From contig CAZZKM010000008.1 of NCBI GenBank assembly GCA_964655115.1, forward strand, positions 1-41,892: a stretch of DNA of 41,892 nucleotides, written 5' to 3'. Below the pieces are notes generated by a model, which saw nothing but the letters and a program-made list of their open reading frames with translations, did not search any database and had not been told where the DNA came from. Source of the DNA: an uncultured Bifidobacterium sp. (GTDB lineage: Bacteria; Actinomycetota; Actinomycetes; S36-B12; UBA5976). Numbering within the stretch: position 1 is the first letter of the stretch; each line of letters begins with the position of its first letter. The position numbers were made by a program, and so were the translations under genes. This document shows positions 33,001-41,101 of this stretch, in pieces.

Positions 33001-33518
33001 TTTGCTTTATTGAAATCTCCTGCTTGTAGCCATCTATTAACTTCTCCAGAAGGACAGCCTGTTGTGCCAATTAAGCCCTTGCCATATTTTTCTATTAATT
33101 CAAAATCAAATCTAGGCTTATAGTAATAACCTTCCAAACTAGCTAGTGAAGAAATTTTAAATAAATTATGCATTGCTTGAGTGCTTGTTGCCCATAAGGT
33201 CATGTGCGTATATGGAGATTTACCTCTACCAAATTCTTGATCTTCACTACTTGAAAACCCGAAATCAAGCATTTCTCTTGATTTTCTTCCATTAGGTGCG
33301 TAATAACCTTCAATACCAATTATTGGTTTTACACCATGATCTTTTGCGGTTTTATAAAAATCATAAGCACCATATAAATTTCCATGATCGGTTATTGCAA
33401 TAGCTGGCATCTCTTGTTTTTTTACTTCTGTAATTAATTCATTCAATCTGGCAGCACCATCAAGCATTGAATATTCAGAATGCACATGTAGATGAACAAA
33501 TGAGTCGCGATTAGACAT
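29997..33518 (-). CDS. dnaE: DNA polymerase III alpha subunit (DnaE1 type)
   Basis: HLHVHSEYSMLDG PHP domain, GPGRGSAGGS, FERFLNPER..PDIDIDF, KMDFLGL, OB fold; 1173 aa, no intein. Confidence 0.99.
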   Translation of the reverse strand: MSNRDSFVHLHVHSEYSMLDGAARLNELITEVKKQEMPAIAITDHGNLYGAYDFYKTAKDHGVKPIIGIEGYYAPNGRKSREMLDFGFSSSEDQEFGRGKSPYTHMTLWATSTQAMHNLFKISSLASLEGYYYKPRFDFELIEKYGKGLIGTTGCPSGEVNRWLQAGDFNKAKSVAGQLQEVFGKENFYCELMDHGLDIERKTRPDLLKIAKELQIPLVATNDLHYTYEKDAASHEVLLCVGTRTTLSDPNRFKFDAQDFYLKTPAQMRDIWKDYPEACDNTLLIAERCEVKFLEGANLMPRFSVPENETEESWLEKEVNQGLKKRFKNQVSAQHQEQANYEIKVINQMGFPSYFLVVADLVRYAKENGIRVGPGRGSAGGSVVAFALGITELDPIKHGLLFERFLNPERVSLPDIDIDFDEKRRADMIKYATDKYGSNHVAQIITYGTIKAKAAIKDSARVLGYPFANSDKITKLIPPPVVGKDMSLAAIFDKKDERYAEASEFRSLYKVDPEVQKIVDTARGLEGLRRQPGVHAAGVILCREPLIDVVPLWKREQDGAIITQFDMGACESLGLLKMDFLGLRNLTVLDDCLEHIKRNKDIEIVLEDLELTDKPTYELLSRGDTLGVFQLDGAPMRALLRSMQPDQFEHISAVLALYRPGPMGVNAHNDYADRKNNRTKVVPIHEELAEPLDEILKDTYGLIVYQEQVMAIAQKLAGYSLGKADLLRRAMGKKKKSILDKEFIPFRDGMRANKYSEDAINKLWEILVPFSDYAFNRAHTAGYGLVSYWTAYLKANFPSEYMAALLSSVKDDRDKLAIYLNECRKMGIKVLPPDVNESLSEFAPIGKDIRFGLSAIKNVGENVVDSLINSRGKHERFTDFFDFLNKVESTVCSKRVIESLIKAGAFDSLSHSRKGLLSIHIEAVDSATESKKAEAIGQYDLFGSSKESVGITGTELVIPNEEWEKAALLNFERQMLGLYVSDHPLLGIEHLLSRFSDTQIADIAHGNKNDADIVTVAGLVTNIQRKVTKQGANWAIVTLEDLAGSVDLMVFSQTYANTANLIHEDAILSVKAKIDAREEESPRLVALDFSVPDLNQQRTSPVVVKLNAARCTPPMVDSIKSVLQTHPGTVEVHLHIINGEKTTVMKIDERLKVEPTSALFGELKALLGPSAVA

Positions 33519-33597
33519 TAAATGGAAATAGCCCTTTCACGAGTTTTATACAAAGGGGAAGTTTTGTATTACTAATTTAAATCTTGCTTAATAGAGT

Positions 33598-34521
33598 TTA
33601 CTTAAAAACCTCAGCAACGCGCTTTAAACTCGATGCCAAATCTTGTGGATATGGTGAGTCAAATGTCACTTCTGCACCAGTTCTTGGATGTTTGAATGTT
33701 AAAGATGTTGCGTGAAGCCATTGACGTGTGAGACCTAGTTTTTCAGCCAACTTAGGATCCGCTCCATACATGGGATCTCCAACACATGGATGTTTTATCG
33801 CACTCATGTGAACTCTGATTTGATGCGTTCTTCCTGTCTCTAATTCAATTTTTAGAAGCGAAGCATACGGAAAAGCTTCAATCGTTTCATAATGTGTAAT
33901 GCTTTCTCTTCCTCCTTGCACGACTGCATACTTGTAATTTTCTTGAGGATGTCTACTAATTGGAGCATCAATTGTTCCACTTGAAGGATCTGGATGTCCT
34001 TGGACTAGTGCGTGATAAACCTTCTTCACAGTTCTGGTTCGAAAAGATTCTTTTAAGTTTTCATATGCAAAATCACTTTTTGCTACAACCATTACTCCAC
34101 TTGTACCAACATCTAATCGCTGCACAATACCTTGACGTTCTGGAACACCGCTAGTTGATATTCGATGTCCTTTTGCAGCAATTGAAGCTGTGACAGTTGG
34201 TCCTTCCCACCCAGGACTAGCGTGTGCTGCAACTCCAAATGGTTTATCGACTACAACAATGTCATCATCTGAATACAACACTTTTATATCAATAACTTGA
34301 TCTTTTGGATCAACGATTGATTTTTCAATTGGAATGTAACTAATTTCATCATTTAGATTCAATCGATATGATTTAGATGCAACTTTGTCGTTAACAAAAA
34401 CTGCTCCTGCATCAATATCTGATGCAACTTTTGTTCTAGAAATTTCAAGATTTGAAGATAAAAATGAATCAATTCTTAATCCAACTTGATTTTCTTCAAT
34501 ATGTATCAGATATTTAGTCAT
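33598..34521 (-). CDS. rluD: RluA/RluD family 23S rRNA pseudouridine synthase with S4 domain
   Basis: N-terminal S4 (RIDSFL), VVDKP.G, GIVQRLDVGTSG (catalytic Asp), LETGRTHQIRVH, GDPMYG, LHA. Confidence 0.9.
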   Translation of the reverse strand: MTKYLIHIEENQVGLRIDSFLSSNLEISRTKVASDIDAGAVFVNDKVASKSYRLNLNDEISYIPIEKSIVDPKDQVIDIKVLYSDDDIVVVDKPFGVAAHASPGWEGPTVTASIAAKGHRISTSGVPERQGIVQRLDVGTSGVMVVAKSDFAYENLKESFRTRTVKKVYHALVQGHPDPSSGTIDAPISRHPQENYKYAVVQGGRESITHYETIEAFPYASLLKIELETGRTHQIRVHMSAIKHPCVGDPMYGADPKLAEKLGLTRQWLHATSLTFKHPRTGAEVTFDSPYPQDLASSLKRVAEVFK

Positions 34522-35032
34522 TTAATTTCTTTTTATATGGATCTTTACCCATTAAAGTCATAATGGCAATTGTAGTTGCAGATATGCTCACAGCCATGTC
34601 GGCTACATTAAAAATTGCCCAATATGGAATCTGTACAAAATCTACAACTGCTCCACGAAATACACCTGGGCTTCTAAATAAACGATCAATTAAATTTCCG
34701 ATTGCACCTCCTAGTAATGCGCCAAAGCAAATTGCCCAAACCTTATTTTCAATTTTTTTACCAGTCTTCCAAATAATTATTGAAATCACAAAAGCAAGAA
34801 TTGTAAAAATTAGTGTGGCATTAGTACCAAAACCAAAAGCAGCGCCGGGATTTCTAATAAAAGTAAATTGAAGTATTGGACCTACTCTTTCACCCAACAA
34901 AGCAGGGACCAAAATCAAATTATCTCTGTTTTCCAAAGTAGCAACCGCGATTAGTTTTGTTACTTGATCAATGATGATTATCGATAACGCAATTCGTAGC
35001 ATTAAGGCTTGTAAATGTGTGCGACTCTTCAC
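34514..35032 (-). CDS. lspA: lipoprotein signal peptidase
   Basis: DQVTK, RNPGAAFG, GGAIGNLIDR, VVDF, IFNVAD; GTG 35032 preceded by GGTGAT preferred, ATG 35050 possible. Confidence 0.96.
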   Translation of the reverse strand: MKSRTHLQALMLRIALSIIIIDQVTKLIAVATLENRDNLILVPALLGERVGPILQFTFIRNPGAAFGFGTNATLIFTILAFVISIIIWKTGKKIENKVWAICFGALLGGAIGNLIDRLFRSPGVFRGAVVDFVQIPYWAIFNVADMAVSISATTIAIMTLMGKDPYKKKLND

Positions 35033-35120
35033 CTTGATATCACCACACATTTAAGTTGTCTCATAAACTACGAGAGTACAGTTTTTCTTTTCTCTTATGT
35101 GAAAGCAGGATGGTGTAAGC

Positions 35121-38100
35121 GTGTATCGCGAGGTTTCCAACCGCATCGATTTACCTGCCATGGAGAGAGAAATCATTGATTTCTGGCAAAAAAATGATGT
35201 TTTCCATAAATCGCTAAATCAAAGAGATGAAAATAAACGTTGGGTTTTTTATGAAGGTCCCCCAACAGCAAATGGTATGCCGGGTGCTCATCACGTAGAA
35301 GCAAGAGTTTTTAAAGATGTATTTCCCAGATTTAAAGCTATGCAAGGTTACTACGTGCCACGACAAGCTGGATGGGATTGTCACGGATTACCGGTTGAAT
35401 TGGCAGTTGAAAAAGAATTAGGTTTTAGCGGCAAAAATGATATTGAAAAATATGGCGTAGCTGAATTTAATGCTAAATGTAAAGAATCAGTCTTAAGAAA
35501 TGTAAACGAATTTGCCTTAATGACTTCACGCATGGGTTATTGGGTTGATTTTGATAAAGCTTATTGGACAATGTCTAGTTCCTACATTGAATCTGTTTGG
35601 TGGTCATTAAAAGAAATTCATAACAAAGGATTACTAGTTTCAGATTTTAGAGTTAGTCCATATTGCCCAAGATGTGGAACAGGTTTATCAGATCACGAAT
35701 TAGCACTCGGTTATGAAACCATTACAGATCAATCAATCTATCTACGATTTCCTGTTACCTCAGATTCCTGGAAGAAAAAATACAAAAATCTATCTCTTCT
35801 AATTTGGACAACCACTCCCTGGACTGTGATAAGTAATACCGCAGCAGCGGTTGGACCAGAAATAGATTATGTAGTAGTTGCGGTTGAAGATGAGCATTTA
35901 ATTGTTGCCAAAGAACTAATTTCAATTTTGGGCGAAGAAGTTCAAATTAAAGAACAAATTAAAGGTAGAGAATTAGAAGCCATCACTTATCAAGCACCAT
36001 TTGGAAATGAATTATTTGAGGATAAATCAAATAAATATTTACATGCAGTTTTACTGGCTGATTATGTAACAACTGAAGATGGAACAGGAATTGTTCACCA
36101 ATCACCTGCCTTTGGCGCAGAAGATATGCAAGTTTGTCGAAAGTACGGTTTACCGGTTGTAAATCCTGTAAAAGCAGATGGTCATTTTGAAACATATACA
36201 CCTTTAGTTGCTGGTCAATTCTTTAAAAAAGCCGATAAAGATATTGTTAAAGATTTAAAAAAGAGAGAACTTTTATTTAAAGAAGTTGCATATGAACACC
36301 AATATCCTCATTGTTGGAGATGTCACACTCCTCTTATGTATTACGCGCAACCATCTTGGTACATCAAAACAACTGCTATTAAAAATGAGTTAATGCGAGA
36401 AAACGAAAATACGAATTGGTTCCCAAACACAATCAAACATGGAAGATATGGCGATTGGTTAAACAATAATATTGACTGGGCTTTATCTCGAAATAGATAT
36501 TGGGGCACTCCCCTTCCGATTTGGATATGTGAAGAAAAGCACCAAACTGCAATCGGTTCGTTAAAAGAATTAAGTGATTTATCAGGTCAAGATGTCTCTA
36601 AAACTGATCCTCATAGACCATTTGTTGATGACATAAAAATTAATTGTCCAAAGTGTAAAAATGTTGCAAAAAGAGTTCCAGAAGTAATTGATTGTTGGTA
36701 TGACTCAGGAGCTATGCCTTTTGCTCAGTTAAATTATCCTCAACAAAATCAAGAATTGTTTAAAAAGAATTACCCTGCAGATTTTATTTGTGAAGCAATC
36801 GATCAAACTCGTGGCTGGTTTTACACTCTTATGGCAGTTGGAACTTTAGTTTTTGACAAATCTTCATACAAAAACGTGGTAACACTTGGACACATTTTGG
36901 ATGAAAAAGGTCGCAAGATGAGTAAACATTTAGGAAATGTTTTAGAACCTATAGCTTTAATGGATGAACATGGCGCAGATTCATTACGTTGGTTCATGCT
37001 TGCATCTGGTTCACCATGGCAAGCAAGAAGAGTGGGTCACTCATCTATTCAAGAAGTAACCAGAAAAGTTTTACTAACTTATTGGAATACAGTTTCTTTT
37101 CTTTCTTTATACACACGCTTATCAGATTATGTTCCAGGAACTTTAAAGGTAAATCGAAGTGAAAGACCGGAAATAGATCAATGGCTTTTAGGTTTAGTTG
37201 ATGATGCCGTTATTCAAGTAACAGATGCATTAGAAAACTTTGACACCCAAAAAGCTGGAAAAGTTTTATTTGATGTCGTTGACGACATGTCCAACTGGTA
37301 TGTCCGAAGAAATAGAAGAAGATTCTGGGATGCAGACTCTTTGGCTCTAGATACTTTGCATGAAGCTTTAAAAAAGATAACTTTAATTATGGCGCCATTT
37401 GTGCCTTTTATTACCGAAAAAGTTTGGCAAGAAATGTTTAAAACTACAACTGACAAAAATATTGATTCAGTTCATTTAGCAAATTGGCCAGTAGTTAATA
37501 AACAAGATATTCGCTATGACTTAATCGAAAGTATGGGTTTAATTAGACGTCTAGTTGAGCTTGGCAGAGGTGCTCGTGCAGAAGGAAAAGTTAAGAATCG
37601 ACAGCCGCTTGCAAAAGCATTAGTTTCTGCCAAAAATTGGGATAAAGTTGCCCAAGATCTAAAAGACCAATTGGCCGAAGAATTAAATATCTTGCAAGTT
37701 CAATCTTTGAGTCAAACTCAAGATTTAGTTAATGTAACCGTAAAGGCAAACTTTCGTACTCTTGGTGCACGGTTTAGCAAAGAAACCCCTCAGATTGCTA
37801 AAAAGATTACAGAATTAGATCCAGTTGAACTGGTATCTAAATTACGCCAAAGCAATTCTTATGTTGTAAAACTTGAGAGTAGTGAATATGAGATTAATTC
37901 AGACGATGTAATCATCACTGAAACTCCAAGAGAAGGTTGGTCAGTAATGACCCAAGATGGAGAAACTATTGCTCTTGATTTAACAATAACTAAAGAACTA
38001 AAGAGCTTAGGACTTTCAAGAGAAGTCATAAGACTCATACAAGAAACTAGAAAAAACAGTGGTTTTGATGTCTCAGATCGCATCAAAGTTATTTACTCCT

Positions 38101-38255
38101 CGACTAATGATGAGCTTCTAAAAGCTATTACAGAACACTTAGAGGTTATAAAAAGTGAAGTATTAGCGATTAATTTTGGTTTAGAAAAAGATTTAAGTAA
38201 AACTTCAGCAGTTGATGAGGAACTAGATCTTAAAATTTTATTAAGTAAAAATTAA
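35121..38255 (+). CDS. ileS: isoleucine--tRNA ligase, type 2
   Basis: YEGPPTANGMPGAHH, GWDCHGLPVE, WTTTPWT, DWALSRNRYWGTPLPIW, DQTRGWF, KMSKH; type-2 C-terminus lacking the type-1 zinc finger; GTG start after AGGATGGTG. Confidence 0.98.
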   Translation: MYREVSNRIDLPAMEREIIDFWQKNDVFHKSLNQRDENKRWVFYEGPPTANGMPGAHHVEARVFKDVFPRFKAMQGYYVPRQAGWDCHGLPVELAVEKELGFSGKNDIEKYGVAEFNAKCKESVLRNVNEFALMTSRMGYWVDFDKAYWTMSSSYIESVWWSLKEIHNKGLLVSDFRVSPYCPRCGTGLSDHELALGYETITDQSIYLRFPVTSDSWKKKYKNLSLLIWTTTPWTVISNTAAAVGPEIDYVVVAVEDEHLIVAKELISILGEEVQIKEQIKGRELEAITYQAPFGNELFEDKSNKYLHAVLLADYVTTEDGTGIVHQSPAFGAEDMQVCRKYGLPVVNPVKADGHFETYTPLVAGQFFKKADKDIVKDLKKRELLFKEVAYEHQYPHCWRCHTPLMYYAQPSWYIKTTAIKNELMRENENTNWFPNTIKHGRYGDWLNNNIDWALSRNRYWGTPLPIWICEEKHQTAIGSLKELSDLSGQDVSKTDPHRPFVDDIKINCPKCKNVAKRVPEVIDCWYDSGAMPFAQLNYPQQNQELFKKNYPADFICEAIDQTRGWFYTLMAVGTLVFDKSSYKNVVTLGHILDEKGRKMSKHLGNVLEPIALMDEHGADSLRWFMLASGSPWQARRVGHSSIQEVTRKVLLTYWNTVSFLSLYTRLSDYVPGTLKVNRSERPEIDQWLLGLVDDAVIQVTDALENFDTQKAGKVLFDVVDDMSNWYVRRNRRRFWDADSLALDTLHEALKKITLIMAPFVPFITEKVWQEMFKTTTDKNIDSVHLANWPVVNKQDIRYDLIESMGLIRRLVELGRGARAEGKVKNRQPLAKALVSAKNWDKVAQDLKDQLAEELNILQVQSLSQTQDLVNVTVKANFRTLGARFSKETPQIAKKITELDPVELVSKLRQSNSYVVKLESSEYEINSDDVIITETPREGWSVMTQDGETIALDLTITKELKSLGLSREVIRLIQETRKNSGFDVSDRIKVIYSSTNDELLKAITEHLEVIKSEVLAINFGLEKDLSKTSAVDEELDLKILLSKN

Positions 38256-38737
38256 CTATTTTCTGGAGCTGTCGTAATAACGTTTAATGGATTTGTATCT
38301 TCTTTTGCCTGATCTAGTTGGACTCCTAAATCATTTAACATTCCAGATAACCAATTCCTTAATCTATTTCGATATTCAATTTCAATTGCTTCAAGTTTTT
38401 TGATTTGTGCTTCAATTTGAGCTTTTTCACTTTCCACACTAGAAGAAATTGCAGCTGCTCTGGCTCTAGCATCTCTGACTAGTCTTTCTGCTTCATTAGT
38501 TGCAGCAGTTAGTGCTTGTTGGGCCAATGTTAAAACTTCAACAGGTGATCTTGTTTCTATTGTTTGTCCTGAAACAGAAGTATTTCCGCTTTTTGCTAAA
38601 TCTAATTCATTATGAAGATGCTCTAGTTCACGTTGTACTTTTTCTAGAAAATCATCAACTTGTGAAACGTCATATCCCATTTTGAAACGGGTGGTATCGA
38701 AAACAACGTTTTCTACATCCTCTGGGGTCAGTGCCAT
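38252..38737 (-). CDS. divIVA: DivIVA/Wag31 family polar growth scaffold (short form)
   Basis: MALTPEDV....F.....GYD..QVDDFL, LTLAQQ...A..EA coiled coil, E.EYR.RL; GGAG SD; downstream of yggT. Confidence 0.93.
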   Translation of the reverse strand: MALTPEDVENVVFDTTRFKMGYDVSQVDDFLEKVQRELEHLHNELDLAKSGNTSVSGQTIETRSPVEVLTLAQQALTAATNEAERLVRDARARAAAISSSVESEKAQIEAQIKKLEAIEIEYRNRLRNWLSGMLNDLGVQLDQAKEDTNPLNVITTAPENS

Positions 38738-38797
38738 TAATACTCCGTTGTTTTGAACTAAGCCCTAATCTACCTGATTTTTATTTCTAGATTGCCA

Positions 38798-39073
38798 CTA
38801 GAGGGATGCCACAATGCTCATGGCAATTTGAATCAAGATAATTACGATTAAAAAAGATAGGTCAAGTGAAATAGAACCTATACGAAGAGGAGGTACGAAT
38901 CTTCTAAAAAACTTTAACGGTGGATCAGTTAGTGAGTAAATAAATTCAACTAATACAAGAATGAATCCTGATGGTTTCCAAGATCTAGCAAACATCTGCA
39001 CATAATCAAAAACTAAACGGCCAATCATAACTAAAAGATAAAGCCAGAGTATTTGATAAAGAAGTGATCCCAT
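38798..39073 (-). CDS. yggT: YggT/YlmG family membrane protein
   Basis: LTDPPLKFFRRFVPPLRIGSISLDLS; position between sepF and divIVA. Confidence 0.93.
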   Translation of the reverse strand: MGSLLYQILWLYLLVMIGRLVFDYVQMFARSWKPSGFILVLVEFIYSLTDPPLKFFRRFVPPLRIGSISLDLSFLIVIILIQIAMSIVASL

Positions 39074-39088
39074 TAATTTCTAGTGTAA

Positions 39089-39589
39089 TTAAACTTGATT
39101 AAAGAAGCCATCTTGAGCGACTTGTTGGCGAGCTTCTGCCCCTAAGTCAACATTGGCTGGTGAAATCAAAAATACTGAGTTGGTAACTCTTTCAATAGTG
39201 CCTCGAAGAGCAAAAGCTAGCCCTGAAGCAAAATCAAGAATTCTTTTTTGATCACTTGGATCCATCTCGGAAAGATTAATAATGACTGGTGTTCCTTCAC
39301 GATATTCTTCACCAATTCTTCTTGCATCATTAAATGCTCTTGGATGCAATGTCGTAATTCTAGTAACTGGTTCTGCTGCAACAACTGGTTTAACTTGTGG
39401 CGCCACACGAACTTCAGTGCGTTCTGCTAACGCAGTTGCACCATTTGTAGAAAATGCTCTTGGAGTTGGTGTCCAGCGAGGAGCAACTTCCTCTTCATAG
39501 ATCTCTTCAACTTCTTCACTCAATAAATTGTTTTGATTATCTTCAACTAAACCTAAATAGACTGCCATTTTGCGAAAGCCTTGTGGCAT
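39089..39589 (-). CDS. sepF: cell division protein SepF
   Basis: RKMAVYLGL amphipathic N-terminus, ITTLHPR.FNDARRIGE.YREGTPVIINL, RILDFASGL, FFNQ; ATG 39589 follows AGGAGG. Confidence 0.97.
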   Translation of the reverse strand: MPQGFRKMAVYLGLVEDNQNNLLSEEVEEIYEEEVAPRWTPTPRAFSTNGATALAERTEVRVAPQVKPVVAAEPVTRITTLHPRAFNDARRIGEEYREGTPVIINLSEMDPSDQKRILDFASGLAFALRGTIERVTNSVFLISPANVDLGAEARQQVAQDGFFNQV

Positions 39590-39664
39590 CTCTTCCTCCT
39601 GTTGTGCCTTAGTTCTCCAGAAGAACCAATGGGACACATGTTGCATTTGTGACTAGAGTCAAAG

Positions 39665-40369
39665 TTACCCGATTTTTGGTCTTTCCCCGAGTAAGGCAGA
39701 ACCAATTCGAAGGTGTGTCGCGCCATGCGAGACAGCTTCTTCCAGGTCATCACTCATCCCAGCTGAAAGCATTTTGGCTGTTGGAAAATCCTTTAAAAAG
39801 TCGCTTTGGATTTTCTTTAACTTTGTAAATGCTTCTTTTGCTGCCATGTTCAATGGAGCCACACTCATTAATCCAGATAGTTCCAAGTTTGGACAATTTG
39901 AAATTTCTTTAGCCAAGTGACTTAATTTGCTCGCGCTAACTCCACCTCTGTTTTCATCTGTTTCTGAATCATCTAGATCTACTTGGATCAAAATATTTTG
40001 TTTTTTATTTATTTTTTGACTCATTTTTTGAATTTCTTTTACTAAAGATAAGCGATCTACTGAATGGATAAAATCTGCATATTGCACAACAGACTTTACT
40101 TTATTGGTCTGTAATTGCCCCACAAAATGCCAAGTAAACTTATTTTTTACTTCTCTAAATTTCTGACTGGCTTCTTGATCTTTATTTTCTCCCACATTGT
40201 CAATACCTATACTTTTGAGTAAATCAATATCACTTGCTGGGTATGTTTTAGTTATAGCAATTACGGTTACTTCAGAAGTATCTCTTCCGGATTCACTGCA
40301 GGACTTTAAAATTCTTGATTGAATTTTTTTATAATTCTCTTTTATCTCTAAAAGCCTAAAGTCACTCAT
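39665..40369 (-). CDS. yggS: YggS/YlmE family pyridoxal phosphate homeostasis protein
   Basis: AITKT (PLP Lys), GENKDQE, WHFVGQLQTNK, HSVDR, SAGMSDDLEEAV..GATHLRIGS. Confidence 0.96.
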   Translation of the reverse strand: MSDFRLLEIKENYKKIQSRILKSCSESGRDTSEVTVIAITKTYPASDIDLLKSIGIDNVGENKDQEASQKFREVKNKFTWHFVGQLQTNKVKSVVQYADFIHSVDRLSLVKEIQKMSQKINKKQNILIQVDLDDSETDENRGGVSASKLSHLAKEISNCPNLELSGLMSVAPLNMAAKEAFTKLKKIQSDFLKDFPTAKMLSAGMSDDLEEAVSHGATHLRIGSALLGERPKIG

Positions 40370-41094
40370 TCGCTTAACCAGGCAATTGTTGCGTTTCTTC
40401 CAGTAACTGCGTCTCTTCTAAAGGAAAACAATTCTTTATTTTCAAATGTACAAATGTTTAAATCAGTTGTCTTTATTTGATATTTTGCTAATTGAGTTTT
40501 TACGCCTTTTCGGATATCAACTGCTAATTCTCCATTGGGAAGTATTACTGCAGCTGATGGTTCTTTTGACTTTACTTCCTCAAATCTTTCTTTTGTTGCC
40601 GAAAAATTCTTTGCACTAATTGTTGGTCCAATTATTGCTTTCATATTTTGGGTTTCAGCTCCTAAATCAAGCATTCCTTCAACTGAATTTTCTACAACTC
40701 CAACCAGCATTCCTTGCCAACCTGCATGCACAACTCCAACGACATGAGCGATTGGATCAACTAAAACAATTGGAGCACAATCTGCAGACATTATTACTAA
40801 TCCAAGATTTTTTTCTCTGGTGACTAAGGCATCGGTATCTTTGTGAATAATTGGATATTCAGATTTAACATTAACCACATTTGGTGAATGAGATGCGCCA
40901 ATAAACACCAAAGGCATCTCTAAAAATTCTGAAAGTAACTCTCTATTTTTATTTACATCTTCAATATTGTCTTCAACATGATCAGCAATATTTAATGTGT
41001 CAAAAGGCTTTTTACTAACCCCACCTTGGCGGCCAAAAAAACTCCACTGAGCTTTGCCTTGTTTGCCAGAAGAAATCGGTGTAATCACCGACAT
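40366..41094 (-). CDS. pgeF: PgeF/YfiH/YlmD family peptidoglycan editing factor / purine nucleoside phosphorylase
   Basis: GGVS..PF.TLN, His, DALVT, ADCAP, HAGWQG, FSFRR..TGR; directly after ftsZ. Confidence 0.93.
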   Translation of the reverse strand: MSVITPISSGKQGKAQWSFFGRQGGVSKKPFDTLNIADHVEDNIEDVNKNRELLSEFLEMPLVFIGASHSPNVVNVKSEYPIIHKDTDALVTREKNLGLVIMSADCAPIVLVDPIAHVVGVVHAGWQGMLVGVVENSVEGMLDLGAETQNMKAIIGPTISAKNFSATKERFEEVKSKEPSAAVILPNGELAVDIRKGVKTQLAKYQIKTTDLNICTFENKELFSFRRDAVTGRNATIAWLSE

Positions 41095-41101
41095 ATTTTA
41101 T

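Noticed and set aside
34110-34130. QRLD instead of HRLD in the pseudouridine synthase active-site motif
   Set aside because: Catalytic Asp is retained and this position is known to vary; no sign of inactivation
35100-35123. GGATGGTGTAAGCG before ileS loosely resembling a T-box
   Set aside because: Lacks the ACC bulge and any Stem I; better explained as the SD
39553-39753. 66-aa minus-strand ORF bridging yggS and sepF
   Set aside because: Alternate frame overlapping both genes with no motif; the spacer is better explained as a regulatory leader
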